Part shown: one piece after another, positions 7,924-17,650 of the stretch | Layout of the letters: each line of letters begins with the position of its first letter | Numbering within the stretch: the first letter of the stretch is position 1 | Virus record (IMG/VR): IMGVR_UViG_3300022178_004311 | Coordinates: 1-46,559 of that record | Length of the DNA stretch: 46,559 nucleotides | DNA from: a virus | Lineage: Duplodnaviria > Caudoviricetes | Strand: one strand, 5' to 3' | Program-made: the position numbers and the translations under genes | The notes under the pieces: model-generated | The model's input: only the letters and a program-made list of their open reading frames with translations | Told to the model about the DNA's origin: nothing | Database searches by the model: none

Positions 7924-8518
7924 ACACCTGTGGCTCAGATCCGTCTACTGTAATCATTATCACTAGCTGGTTGATAGGCGTCTTAGTCATCTCTTCAAAC
8001 ATAACAGCATATGCTGCTGTCTGCATAAAGTAACTATCAATCCATTCTTTCTTCTTAGGCTTGCGTGACGTCTTGAAGTCGATTACAGACAATGTCCCAT
8101 CGTACTCAGCAATGCAGTCAACAGTACCAGCTACCCTTAGATAGTCGGAGTACATTTGGCATTCCTGCATTACGACATTGTTTATGTTGGAGTCTATGAG
8201 GGGTTTCAAATCGTTGAACGATTGAATGTTGGAGGGCATGTGGTTCTTCGTATAGTCTTCTACATTGTTAATGTAGTCTTCACATACTTTGTGTACGGCT
8301 GTACCTCTGGTCGAGGCTTGCGTAGATATCTTATTGGCTTCTTCTTCACCAACTCTCTTACGCCACTTGATAATACCATCCTTGGCAAAGATGCCAGCGA
8401 CAGTAGTGACGGAAGGATACTTCTTACCTTCTGGTGTAAGATAGTATCTCTGTCCGTCAGCTTGTGTGGTACTGTCTAATGGCTTTATGTCGTAAGGATT
8501 GATATGTGTGAACTTCAT
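7847..8518 (-). CDS. PD-(D/E)XK (RecB/Cas4-like) exonuclease
   Basis: YPSVTTV, RGTAVH..CE, AGTVDCIAEYDG..SVIDFKTS, YFMQ..AYA. Confidence 0.88.
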   Translation of the reverse strand: MKFTHINPYDIKPLDSTTQADGQRYYLTPEGKKYPSVTTVAGIFAKDGIIKWRKRVGEEEANKISTQASTRGTAVHKVCEDYINNVEDYTKNHMPSNIQSFNDLKPLIDSNINNVVMQECQMYSDYLRVAGTVDCIAEYDGTLSVIDFKTSRKPKKKEWIDSYFMQTAAYAVMFEEMTKTPINQLVIMITVDGSEPQVFTERRDSWIWKFVDARSEFERRYNA

Positions 8519-8547
8519 TATGTAACTCTTTCTCAATTGTATTGGAC

Positions 8548-8576
8548 ACCATAACATATGATGCCCAAAAGGTCAA
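8548..8576 (-). promoter_or_regulatory. sigma70-type promoter TTGACC-N17-TATGGT
   Basis: Consensus match with 17 bp spacer. Confidence 0.6.
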
Positions 8577-8580
8577 CAGG

Positions 8581-9354
8581 CTATACCAAATTCATTTCGT
8601 CCCGTGCTTCTATCCACTGTCTCACGAATCCGCTTCTGACAATATCGTTCATCTCGAACTCGACATTGCTATTACCGTAACCCATCCTAGACCAGAGTTG
8701 TAGCAGCAACTTAGCACCTGACTGTTCATGGGGCTTGGTGAGATCTGTTTGTCTGAAGTCGCCGCAAACAATAACTCTTGAGTTAGCTCCTACACGAGTC
8801 ATGATAGAATTTATCTCTGAGTCAGTCATATTCTGGAACTCATCAATAATTATTATAGAGTCATCGTACGTATTACCTCTGATGAAGGACGTCGATATAA
8901 ACTCGATCTTTCCTTTAGTCTTGAGGATATCGTACCCATCGCCTCTATTTGTTATCTGTGAGCAGATGGCCTTATAGGGTTGCTCATACACCGCCATCTT
9001 TTCGCTTTCTTTTCCTGGTAGAAAGCCTATGTCTCTTGTTGGTACTACTGATCTGACTATGATAATTTTGTCTAGTAGATCTGAGCCGTTCATTAGTTCG
9101 TCGAGTGCGAGATACAGGGATATAAATGTCTTGCCTGTTCCTGCTACTCCGTGCAGCATTAGGTTGTCACCTTTGTCGAATAAAGCGAATGCCGCCGACT
9201 GGTTCTCAGTCATAGGGCTTATCGTTCTCAGTTCTAATGAATCTCTTTTTTGTGTTCGTTGCTTCCTTTGACGTCTTTTGTTAAATTTAGAATATTCTTT
9301 CTCATTTTTTTTGTCGTAATAATCTTCAAAATGTTCGACAGTAAGAGTACTCAT
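8581..9354 (-). CDS. phoH: PhoH family ATPase
   Basis: GVAGTGKT, IGFLPG, FIRG.T, IIDEFQN, CGDFRQTDL, DIVRSG. Confidence 0.95.
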   Translation of the reverse strand: MSTLTVEHFEDYYDKKNEKEYSKFNKRRQRKQRTQKRDSLELRTISPMTENQSAAFALFDKGDNLMLHGVAGTGKTFISLYLALDELMNGSDLLDKIIIVRSVVPTRDIGFLPGKESEKMAVYEQPYKAICSQITNRGDGYDILKTKGKIEFISTSFIRGNTYDDSIIIIDEFQNMTDSEINSIMTRVGANSRVIVCGDFRQTDLTKPHEQSGAKLLLQLWSRMGYGNSNVEFEMNDIVRSGFVRQWIEARDEMNLV

Positions 9355-9365
9355 TCATCATCCCC

Positions 9366-9674
9366 TTAGGATTGAGTTTGCTTCCTCCACTTCTTCACAG
9401 CTTCTCTTGTTTTCGAGGCGGATATATCCTTAGAACCGTAGCGGTCAGCTAGGTCACTAGTGGGATGTGCTTCAGAGATTCGACTGAGGTTTTCATTCCA
9501 ACCATCGTCGTTTTTGATTCCACTTACGTATTTCGAACTGACAAGCCCAGGGGCTTTCTCGATGATAGTAGAGATGTGAGGGTTTTCTTCGAGGAAGGCG
9601 ACACGACTATCCCAGGATACTATTTCATCCCAGACTTCACCGGTCTCGTTGTTTTTGAAAGTGTATATTGGCAT
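9366..9674 (-). CDS. conserved T4-like hypothetical protein (MPIYTF N-terminus)
   Basis: MPIYTFKNNETGE start; GW.E.LSRI...HP motif; downstream of a late promoter. Confidence 0.7.
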   Translation of the reverse strand: MPIYTFKNNETGEVWDEIVSWDSRVAFLEENPHISTIIEKAPGLVSSKYVSGIKNDDGWNENLSRISEAHPTSDLADRYGSKDISASKTREAVKKWRKQTQS

Positions 9675-9681
9675 AATTCTC

Positions 9682-10281
9682 CTATACCTCTTTATTTATA
9701 AAACTATCGAGTTCATCCAGGAACATACCACGGATGTTGGGTGATTGAAATCGATGAACGTGGAGGCCTTTAATCCTTGGTAGCAGCATAATGAACGACG
9801 AGCCATGGTTCATCTTCGCAAACCAATCGAGGTACAAAGCACGTCTAGCACCATCCTGCAGACTTGTTTTAGTTTGTGGACCATATGCGTTGGTACCAGT
9901 GTACACATTGTCAGTAGCTAACTCATTCTGAATAATAAAATCAAATCCCATGCATATCAACTCTCGATGGCCATGCTTGATAGCCTCAATCATAGCGTTC
10001 ATGCCAGCATTGGATCTCAGTCTGGTAAACGGATTAAATTCAGGATGCTCGAACTGCTCTTCAAAAGGAGGGCTAATAAACTTTTCTTCGGGGAAGTCGC
10101 TCTCTTGAATCTCTTTAGTTATCTCTTCATCAATTGCAACAAGATAGTCTGGTTCAAAGTCTCTGTATAGAGCATTACATCCATAGATGCATCCACGTCC
10201 TCGGAGCGATTCAAGATCATGCTCGCTCCTAGACTTACCGTTTCCTATAATAAAGGCTCTCTTCTTCATCATCATATTCAC
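9682..10281 (-). CDS. MAF_flag10/MptE-like (DUF115-type) Rossmann-fold protein, possible glycosyltransferase
   Basis: AFIIGNGKSR, YGCNALY, PDYLVAID, SNAG..A, GH.ELICMGFD. Confidence 0.55.
   Translation of the reverse strand: MNMMMKKRAFIIGNGKSRSEHDLESLRGRGCIYGCNALYRDFEPDYLVAIDEEITKEIQESDFPEEKFISPPFEEQFEHPEFNPFTRLRSNAGMNAMIEAIKHGHRELICMGFDFIIQNELATDNVYTGTNAYGPQTKTSLQDGARRALYLDWFAKMNHGSSFIMLLPRIKGLHVHRFQSPNIRGMFLDELDSFINKEV
9693..9700 (-). promoter_or_regulatory. T4-type late promoter TATAAATA
   Basis: Exact match upstream of an AGGAGA RBS. Confidence 0.7.
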
Positions 10282-10390
10282 TTATACTTTGCTGTTTCAC
10301 TATTTTAAGAATTCGCTGCTTCTTGCGAGCTAGCTTGTCATCTATCTTGTCTGAATTTTTAGTATTCTTTCTGCGATCCGTCTTAGCCAT

Positions 10391-10819
10391 CTACCAGCCC
10401 TCTGTTGCTTCTGGTAGAGCTTCTTGAACGAGCTTCTTAGTAATAGACTTGAAAGGCATCTTCTTATCTTTAATTGATACCAACAACTTAGCATCAAATC
10501 GATCTACGCTCTCAAGCATCTCTATGAACATAGTTTCACGTCTGAGGGTCTTCATTGCTTTGCCTTCTGGAGTATTAATAAAATACTGAAGGCGGCGCGC
10601 ATCGTGCTTCAGCACGTGATGTACATCAGCCTCTTTTGCAGCAGGCGAGTATGGAGGAACTCCCGCGGGGAGTAACCAAATCCATTTAGGATTGAAAGTG
10701 AGATCGAGAATGATCTTCATCGGTGCACTCTGGGCGTACTCCCGAAGAAGCGCAATCTTCTTCGCTCTAGTTTTTTCTTTGTCTACTTTTTCAAGTTGTT
10801 CGTACATACTGAGATTCAT
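10391..10819 (-). CDS. conserved T4-like hypothetical protein
   Basis: WLLPAGVPPY...RRETMFIEMLE pattern; usually seen next to rnh. Confidence 0.75.
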   Translation of the reverse strand: MNLSMYEQLEKVDKEKTRAKKIALLREYAQSAPMKIILDLTFNPKWIWLLPAGVPPYSPAAKEADVHHVLKHDARRLQYFINTPEGKAMKTLRRETMFIEMLESVDRFDAKLLVSIKDKKMPFKSITKKLVQEALPEATEGW

Positions 10820-10821
10820 AT

Positions 10822-11685
10822 CTAAAACTCGCTAATACTATCCATGAGGTTGCTTAATTTATTTTGTATGAAGTAATTAAATAACTTACTTCGGTCATTA
10901 GTAACATAATTTTCATACGTATCGAGAATCTGCTTTTTAATCTCTTCAGGTATAAGAGACAGATCAATCAATTGCCTGTTACGCATCCAGTTACGCTTAT
11001 ATTCATCATTCTCCATTAGCTCACTAGATTCGATGTTGTCTATGTTTAGATGCGACACAGAGGATACAATGTTCTTCCGAATCGGCTTCTGTCTGCCTCC
11101 AGATACAAACACTCCATCAGGAGAGCATATGTTCGGTATGCCATCCCCTCGATCACCTTTTAAGATATGCTCTTTGAGATACACTGAAGGATCTTCATGA
11201 CGAACAAACTTCTTAACTGCTGGGCTATATTGCTTAATGTTCTTATACACGTGTAGCTGAACAAAGTCTTTATCGCTTGAAAGGATAAGCAATGGACTAT
11301 CGTGATGCGTATGGGATATAGTACCAATGATGTCATCGGCCTCAGCTCCATCGATCATAATAGTCTTGTAAGGAAAGACCTCAATGAGCTCTTCTCTTAC
11401 TTTATCAAGAGCTTGAAACATAGTGGGCCAATCGACACCAGATGATTGTCTGTCTTTCTTACGACCAGCTTTGTAGAAGGGGAAGATCTCTTTACGCCAA
11501 TATCTCCTGCTGTCGCAGCAGATGACAAGCTCACCGTACTCTTCGGTAAACTTCTGACGATAGTGTCTTATAGTGTTGAGGATCATATGCCTGAGCATAC
11601 TTTCATCAAGAGGGATATTCGTGTGCGCACCAACCTGTACCATAAAATTACTGATAACAACTTGGTTAAAGTCGACGAGAATCAT
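10822..11685 (-). CDS. rnh: T4-type RNase H / 5'-3' flap exonuclease
   Basis: MILVDFNQ, YWRK..FP.YK..RKK.R, EADDIIG, SSDKDF.QL, GDRGDGIPN. Confidence 0.95.
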   Translation of the reverse strand: MILVDFNQVVISNFMVQVGAHTNIPLDESMLRHMILNTIRHYRQKFTEEYGELVICCDSRRYWRKEIFPFYKAGRKKDRQSSGVDWPTMFQALDKVREELIEVFPYKTIMIDGAEADDIIGTISHTHHDSPLLILSSDKDFVQLHVYKNIKQYSPAVKKFVRHEDPSVYLKEHILKGDRGDGIPNICSPDGVFVSGGRQKPIRKNIVSSVSHLNIDNIESSELMENDEYKRNWMRNRQLIDLSLIPEEIKKQILDTYENYVTNDRSKLFNYFIQNKLSNLMDSISEF

Positions 11686-11717
11686 AATATTATTCCATTA
11701 TTTTAGTTTACTATCTG

Positions 11718-11746
11718 ATTATATATGATAGTAAGCACAAAGTCAA
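11718..11746 (-). promoter_or_regulatory. sigma70-type promoter TTGACT-N17-TATAAT
   Basis: Near-perfect consensus. Confidence 0.8.
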
Positions 11747-12078
11747 CTCTTATCTTCTTCGTCGCGTAGGACTTGCTCGAGCTTCTCTTGCATCTTGTGA
11801 AGAGGGTGACTCCGACCAAGAGTGCGCATTAGGCATGATGATAGAGCTTCAGATACCAGACAGTAGTCTCGTATAAACTCATCAGAATCCACATCGAAGC
11901 CATGGTACTCTAGTTTACTCATAATACGACTACTATACAGCTCAACCAAACCTTCAATGAACTGATCTTGTTTGGCCAGACGAACGCTCATACTCGTTTT
12001 ATTGAGTTCATTGATGAGGTCATATCTACCTTCCACCACACGATCGCGAGGAAAGTTGATTACAATAGCTCTAGCCAT
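11743..12078 (-). CDS. hypothetical protein
   Basis: Start re-called to MARAIVINFP. Confidence 0.65.
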   Translation of the reverse strand: MARAIVINFPRDRVVEGRYDLINELNKTSMSVRLAKQDQFIEGLVELYSSRIMSKLEYHGFDVDSDEFIRDYCLVSEALSSCLMRTLGRSHPLHKMQEKLEQVLRDEEDKS

Positions 12079-12091
12079 ACTTCTATTTAGG

Positions 12092-12595
12092 CTATACACC
12101 ATCCGTGCTCTTATCACAAACTGCACCCATGTCAGAATAGTATACGCCTTTTGTCCTTTTCATCTGACCCTTCTTCTTGCCTTCGTGATAGTATGCTGGA
12201 TTGATACAATAGGTTATCACCTTCATGTTGCGATCTTTGCCCCAGAAACTATCGAGCCATATGCCAGTTTTAAGATATGTTTCCATATTGATAATGTAAG
12301 ACTGGGATGAAAGGTAGAGAGCTTCAGCTCCCTTGACTCCATTTCTGGTCGCCTGCTGATGTACCTTCTTAACTTCCTTCTGATACTTTATATACTCTTT
12401 GACTTTTTTAAGAGACCATTCATGATCATCTGACAGTGCAATGACATGAGGATGAACATTCTTGTATGCAGGCGGATTGTTTGCGAGACGCTTCTCCCGA
12501 GCTACAGCTAGACGCGCGACTGCAGCTTCTTTCTGTTCCGGAGATAACGTGCTTCTTCTTCGAGTCTTCTTAGGCTTTGTTTGCGAGGATGCCAC
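12092..12595 (-). CDS. conserved T4-like hypothetical protein
   Basis: Basic N-terminus, RLA.AREKR, YI.NME.YL.TG.W.D pattern. Confidence 0.7.
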   Translation of the reverse strand: MASSQTKPKKTRRRSTLSPEQKEAAVARLAVAREKRLANNPPAYKNVHPHVIALSDDHEWSLKKVKEYIKYQKEVKKVHQQATRNGVKGAEALYLSSQSYIINMETYLKTGIWLDSFWGKDRNMKVITYCINPAYYHEGKKKGQMKRTKGVYYSDMGAVCDKSTDGV

Positions 12596-13580
12596 GGATC
12601 AGTCCCTCCCATTCACGGGCTCGTTGGTCCCAGTTATAAAACGCATTTGTGTAGTTCCTTTGAAATATCAATCTGCTCTTGGTACTATCTTCGTTTCGGC
12701 CGACTTGGTCTATGACTGAGCTCAGCGCGTTTGCAAATATATTGACATGCTGCTGAGGATCTTCGTGCCATTGATACTGGTATGCAAAATTAGATGTAGT
12801 TTCGGGAAGAGCAGCGTAGTTAGGACATACTATTGCGCACCCCGCGCTCATAGCTTCTATGGCTGCAATGCAGGATGTCTCTTGCCATATACTAGGATAG
12901 GCAAATATATGAGCCTCTTGCAAAGCCTTGCGTACTACGTCGTTTGGTTGATACCCATGATAGGTCATATCAGGATTACTCTTGATACGCTCGAACAGCT
13001 CTAGGTATGGCTCATCTCGTTGAGGCCAGCCATATGCTTCGAATGATGAGTACACATCTAAGTGAATGTTGTCATGATGCTTCTGTAGAAACTCAAACGT
13101 GGGTACTAATAACTCGAGGCCTCTGTGAGGCGTAGTATGGTAGATTAGTCTAATCTTGTCATCTCTAGACTTTTCTTTGTGCTCGATAGGTTCTATTGCA
13201 TTGCGTAGTGTAAGCGATTCGCTGTACGGTATACCCATTGCAAGATGGTACGTGTTGAACTGCCACTGCGATACAAATACCAGTCTATCAAATCTTGCTC
13301 GCGACTCAGCATCTTTCAGATGGATCGCTTCCGGATCGTTAAATAGATCATGCAGCCACAGGATGGACGGACGCGTGTCATCCACGTCCCTGACGCGCGA
13401 GCAAATAATCTGGACCTCATCCCTAATGTCTATCGGTAAACGCTCGTAGAGGCCGTATTTCATCATCTCAGTGCCGCCCATAGCGTCTTTAGACAACTCA
13501 TCTACGGTTACACCATCACTATCCTGACCTAAGCTGAATCCAGCTGGCTCACTTTGTAGTACATTCAAACTTGTCGACAT
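12570..13580 (-). CDS. GT-B glycosyltransferase (GT4-like)
   Basis: GGTE, LWLHD, FVSQWQ, RGLELL, YPSIWQETSCIAAIEAMSAG, AALPET. Confidence 0.9.
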   Translation of the reverse strand: MSTSLNVLQSEPAGFSLGQDSDGVTVDELSKDAMGGTEMMKYGLYERLPIDIRDEVQIICSRVRDVDDTRPSILWLHDLFNDPEAIHLKDAESRARFDRLVFVSQWQFNTYHLAMGIPYSESLTLRNAIEPIEHKEKSRDDKIRLIYHTTPHRGLELLVPTFEFLQKHHDNIHLDVYSSFEAYGWPQRDEPYLELFERIKSNPDMTYHGYQPNDVVRKALQEAHIFAYPSIWQETSCIAAIEAMSAGCAIVCPNYAALPETTSNFAYQYQWHEDPQQHVNIFANALSSVIDQVGRNEDSTKSRLIFQRNYTNAFYNWDQRAREWEGLIRGILANKA

Positions 13581-14023
13581 TAGTTCATCACCCTACTTTC
13601 AAATAATAAAAATAAATCTTCTTCCATTTCCCGAGCTTCAACTTCCCACGGTACTTCGTAGAAGTTATCAAGCCCAACATCCACTATATCCCCATGCCAT
13701 ATATGACGGTAAGTTGGTTTGAATCTTTCTTTCAACTCCCCCTTCGCAAACTGCTTGAGGTGTACCATCTCATGTGCTATAGTTTTAATTAGTTCACTAC
13801 CAGCTAACTTCTTGTCTAACTCAATCGTAAACGATCTTGGATTAATATTAGAGTCTTCCCACCCACAATATCCATCAGCATGACCGAGGTCCTTCATCTC
13901 TACAATGATATCTAGAACCTCTACTGTCCGCGGATGCAATAAAGTGAACGCAAATAATTCGATCGCCTCTGTCATGAGTAGTCTGTTCTTCTTTCTTCTT
14001 ACTTTAACAAATTCAATATTCAT
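13580..14023 (-). CDS. zincin HEXXH metallopeptidase-like protein (second copy)
   Basis: TIAHEMVHLKQ and PWEVEA. Confidence 0.8.
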   Translation of the reverse strand: MNIEFVKVRRKKNRLLMTEAIELFAFTLLHPRTVEVLDIIVEMKDLGHADGYCGWEDSNINPRSFTIELDKKLAGSELIKTIAHEMVHLKQFAKGELKERFKPTYRHIWHGDIVDVGLDNFYEVPWEVEAREMEEDLFLLFESRVMN

Positions 14024-14029
14024 ACAGAT

Positions 14030-14058
14030 ACTATAACCGATGCGAATTCAAAAGTCAA
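14030..14058 (-). promoter_or_regulatory. sigma70-type promoter TTGACT-N17-TATAGT
   Basis: Consensus match with 17 bp spacer. Confidence 0.7.
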
Positions 14059-14059
14059 C

Positions 14060-14257
14060 TTACAATTGTTGCCTTCTCAACCAGCCGTCATTTTGTAACC
14101 CTTGTACGAATCTATCTACCTCTGATTCTTCAATTGTCAAAGATTGAACTCGGTCGTTGTGTTTAGACGATTCTATCACAGTGGCGACACCCCCATTGAA
14201 TCCTTTCTCTATAGATATTATTTTATCCTGGTTCGGATGGTAATATTCAGTAGTCAT
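14060..14257 (-). CDS. hypothetical protein
   Basis: Start re-called to MTTEYYH after GGAG. Confidence 0.6.
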   Translation of the reverse strand: MTTEYYHPNQDKIISIEKGFNGGVATVIESSKHNDRVQSLTIEESEVDRFVQGLQNDGWLRRQQL

Positions 14258-14258
14258 G

Positions 14259-15032
14259 TTATATGTTACTCCAATATTCTGATTTACGTTCATTAAATAT
14301 GTCAGATCTCTTACTCTTACCAATGTTCTTTCGATCACCTTTCATATGATCCATGTACTCGCCTAGAATACTATTGATGAATACGTGATCGTAGTTCTTG
14401 CCCCACGGAGTAAGATTGATGTTCTCAATTTTCAAATCTTTCTCGAACATCCTTCTGATTTCATCGAATACAAAGCTATCGTGCCATTGAGCATACTTAA
14501 ATACTCCGTCATGCGTGTACTCCATCTTCCAACGACCCATAAAGGCATCATTAACAGAGTGATTAGTATTGTATATCACAAAACCACATTCACTGTAGTT
14601 ATTCTCACGACCCAGATAAGTCAAGTACTTCTCTTCGTCTACTAAGGATTCTAGGAAGTCCATAGTAACGTCAGCATGCGTCAATGTATCAGCATCAAGC
14701 CATATTATATAATCAGCTGCCTTGTTGAGGCAAGCGTTAATTACACTGAACGTCTTGTAAGAGAATCTAACAGCGCCCAGGTGCAGTTCCAGGGCGTTCT
14801 GTTGATCAGGTCTGTCCTTGTGTCTATCGACAAACTTACGGAGCTCAGGCTCTTCCTTGTACAGATCATATATTTTATATTTGGAATGCTCTGGTAGCCT
14901 CAGGTTATCTTCAGTATATATTCTGAGATTAATATGATCGGGCCATTTATCTATGAAGCTCTCGAGCATTACACTGCCAATCTTATCGTAGTAAGACTGA
15001 CTCATTGATGTTACAACTTCAAACGTACTCAT
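14259..15032 (-). CDS. GT-A fold glycosyltransferase
   Basis: AVRFSYK, IIWLDADT (DxD), YSECGF, WHDSFVFD, DHMKG. Confidence 0.75.
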   Translation of the reverse strand: MSTFEVVTSMSQSYYDKIGSVMLESFIDKWPDHINLRIYTEDNLRLPEHSKYKIYDLYKEEPELRKFVDRHKDRPDQQNALELHLGAVRFSYKTFSVINACLNKAADYIIWLDADTLTHADVTMDFLESLVDEEKYLTYLGRENNYSECGFVIYNTNHSVNDAFMGRWKMEYTHDGVFKYAQWHDSFVFDEIRRMFEKDLKIENINLTPWGKNYDHVFINSILGEYMDHMKGDRKNIGKSKRSDIFNERKSEYWSNI

Positions 15033-15937
15033 AGTTGATTCCTGATATGCTGCCATGCACGGCCATCTTTTATTTCTTTGCGCGACCATTGAGCGTATGA
15101 AAGGTTATTTAACCATTGTTGTCTATCGTTTGATCTTACCAAATCTTCAATCTGGGATAACTTGTTATTGCCTAGCGAGTAAGCAAAGCTACCTGGATCC
15201 ATAGCAATTGTGGGAGTGCCTCTGATAACAGAGTCTATGCCAAATCCTGAACTATATGTTACAGTAGCATAGGCTGCATCAAGTGTCTCTAACAGATTAT
15301 CCTTTGTACCTTGCTGCAGTGCAGCACCTTCAATACGTGTAATGCGTACGATATCTTCTTTGTCAAATTGTCTATCAAGCTGGGGTGTTCGCACAACGAT
15401 TGGTCTGTCTGTATACATTCTGAGCTCTTCAGCAGTATCAGCTGCCCATTTAGTTACGTTAATACCTCGAAGAGAAGCGTCGCCAGGAAGCTGCAATGCA
15501 ATGACAATATAGTTACCTTCTTTCTTCCATGGTAGGAGCTTCACGTTAAGATTCTTGGATATCTTCTCCCAACGATCAGACGGATAGCTCTGGCTTTGTC
15601 TAAAGAATCGACCTGTATCAGCTAAGAAGCCGTTGACTCCTATCCTATACCATTCGTCTTGCAATATGTTGCTGACAGGTCCACGTCCGATCAGAGGTGT
15701 CTCTACACAAATAAACGGCTTACCGCTCTCTACTATGCTTCGCTTACAATTGTGCCAGGGTGTGTCCCTATCTTTCCAAGAACCAAAGATTACTGCAACA
15801 TCGCATTCATCTATGTCATCATCATTGGTTGTAACGAATGCTTCATCGCCCAGCTCGGCAATACCCCACTGAAAATCGAATAGCATCTTTCGAAACTTAT
15901 TATCGTTGGCACTGTTTAAAAATATACCAGTTATCAT
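15029..15937 (-). CDS. capsular polysaccharide synthesis (KpsC/KpsS-like) GT-B protein
   Basis: IVIALQLPGDASL, ATVTYSSGFGIDSVIRGTP, WLNNLSYAQW. Confidence 0.65.
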   Translation of the reverse strand: MITGIFLNSANDNKFRKMLFDFQWGIAELGDEAFVTTNDDDIDECDVAVIFGSWKDRDTPWHNCKRSIVESGKPFICVETPLIGRGPVSNILQDEWYRIGVNGFLADTGRFFRQSQSYPSDRWEKISKNLNVKLLPWKKEGNYIVIALQLPGDASLRGINVTKWAADTAEELRMYTDRPIVVRTPQLDRQFDKEDIVRITRIEGAALQQGTKDNLLETLDAAYATVTYSSGFGIDSVIRGTPTIAMDPGSFAYSLGNNKLSQIEDLVRSNDRQQWLNNLSYAQWSRKEIKDGRAWQHIRNQL

Positions 15938-15938
15938 A

Positions 15939-16673
15939 TTACTTACCAATTATATTGTACGGACCAAAATTCTCTTCGGGTGCATAGTCATCAATTGTAT
16001 ATCCAGCAGCAATAGCCTCCTCCTTGACATCAAACCAAAGATTGAATATATCTGGTCTTTTATGCTCGGCTATCTGTCCCGTATACCATGCTGGCCGCCA
16101 TGGCTGTGTAGCCATGTCTGTGTAGTGCACATGCCACAGCTCGTCAACAGGGACATCGTCACCATCAAGACAATTCCACTTGGGATCTAAATCTTTAACT
16201 AAAGGCTGACCAGAGAACTTATTAATCATTCTATGATGTGACTCAGGAATATTTTTCATACGATTGGATGGCATTGAGTAATCTTCGAAGGCTGCACAAT
16301 CGAATACAATTACACAAAACTCGTGTCCACCAAAACGCTGTCCTCGTCTAGCTGCAACAGGCTTACCTTCCATATCAATATTGATTAAATCGTTGATATC
16401 CTTGAAGTTAATCATGTCACAATCAGTATATATTGCTCTACCTTTGAACCCACATGCCTCAGGAATAACCCAACGGAAGCCTGAGAAAGGAGTAGACCAC
16501 ATTTGAGTCTGCCACCCACCCCATAGCGATGTATCATCATGCGTCTGCCTCATCCATGTGATTTCTACAGGCACAGAAGCATTCTTACGAATAGAATACT
16601 CATATACCATCTCACACTCAGCATCTTCTCCATTGGCAGATGTACCTATGAATATTCTAACTGGCTCACTCAT
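15939..16673 (-). CDS. GT-A (GT8-like) glycosyltransferase
   Basis: IFIG, STPFS.FRW.IP, AIYTDCDM (DxD), WNCLD, HYT...QPW. Confidence 0.8.
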   Translation of the reverse strand: MSEPVRIFIGTSANGEDAECEMVYEYSIRKNASVPVEITWMRQTHDDTSLWGGWQTQMWSTPFSGFRWVIPEACGFKGRAIYTDCDMINFKDINDLINIDMEGKPVAARRGQRFGGHEFCVIVFDCAAFEDYSMPSNRMKNIPESHHRMINKFSGQPLVKDLDPKWNCLDGDDVPVDELWHVHYTDMATQPWRPAWYTGQIAEHKRPDIFNLWFDVKEEAIAAGYTIDDYAPEENFGPYNIIGK

Positions 16674-16726
16674 TTATTATGCCTCTGCTTCAAATTATCA
16701 ATCGACGTAATTATATCCTAAGACAT

Positions 16727-16755
16727 ATTATATAATAATATCTCAGCTGGATCAA
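16727..16755 (-). promoter_or_regulatory. sigma70-type promoter TTGATC-N17-TATAAT
   Basis: Consensus match with 17 bp spacer in an intergenic gap. Confidence 0.7.
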
Positions 16756-16768
16756 CATCGAATGCTGC

Positions 16769-17623
16769 TTATTCTTCCCTGCACACCAGCCCTTCGTTAG
16801 CCTGTAGGACATTAATTATGTGCTCGTCAGTTATCCATTGACTATCATTTTCTATGGTGAGCTTACCATTTTTCTGCGTGTACATCTCGGGATGAAAGTT
16901 TGCAAGATCCCGATAGTATTGAACAGTTCTTTTTTCTCTATGCCAGTCAACATAGTGTCCTTCTGGATAAACGTGCTGTGGGATCACCTCGCTATCAATT
17001 ACATCGAGGCCAACATGCCTCAGGTACGTTCCATACACAAATTCGGGCTGATACTTCCAACTAGCAACGTCTTTGTTGAACAGAGAGAAAGGTATCCATT
17101 TGTTAAAGTGAAAGTACCAACACATCGCTGTAAATGTGCCAAATGCAAATCCATCCCAAACATTCACAGGACTCGACTTGCCACCCATTTTCCTTGTTAT
17201 TACAACATCGTTGCTTTTCTGAACAAGGGGCAGATAGTCGATTAACTTGCCTTTGTATTTAAAGTCGTATCGAAGTCGGACAACAATGTCGTAGTCAATT
17301 TTAGATTTAACTACGAGGTCAAAGGCAGCTGCTGTCATGTGCTGAATACGACCTAACATGAATATAGGATGGTTTTTTCTATTACTTAAAAGAGTAGACT
17401 CGAAGTGCCATAGATCTGTTCTTGCAACGCAATTGTAATCGACTTTCGCAATCTTTTTGAAGTTGGCTGAATTTTCAATGACAGCGCATTCTTCTGGTGT
17501 TGTCTTTATCCACGTGGAATGGTAGCTGTCGTAATCAAGACCCTGCAAGAATTCATCTCTATGCTGCTTAGAAACAGTTTCGAAAGTTCTAGGCTCCCCA
17601 CTATACACAACTGCAATTTTCAT
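16769..17623 (-). CDS. putative glycosyltransferase
   Basis: MKIAVVYSGEPR, H.TW, YDIVVRLRYD, D.FAFG, PE motif typical of viral GT-like proteins. Confidence 0.6.
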   Translation of the reverse strand: MKIAVVYSGEPRTFETVSKQHRDEFLQGLDYDSYHSTWIKTTPEECAVIENSANFKKIAKVDYNCVARTDLWHFESTLLSNRKNHPIFMLGRIQHMTAAAFDLVVKSKIDYDIVVRLRYDFKYKGKLIDYLPLVQKSNDVVITRKMGGKSSPVNVWDGFAFGTFTAMCWYFHFNKWIPFSLFNKDVASWKYQPEFVYGTYLRHVGLDVIDSEVIPQHVYPEGHYVDWHREKRTVQYYRDLANFHPEMYTQKNGKLTIENDSQWITDEHIINVLQANEGLVCREE

Positions 17624-17650
17624 ACGTAGTTTTCCGTTATCGTTTATACA

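Noticed and set aside
7847-8518. Cas4-like nuclease as a sign of a CRISPR system
   Set aside because: No repeat-spacer array or other cas genes; this is the usual stand-alone exonuclease of T4-like phages
8581-9354. PhoH (and GroES at 1652..1894) as novel auxiliary genes
   Set aside because: Both are common in T4-like aquatic phages
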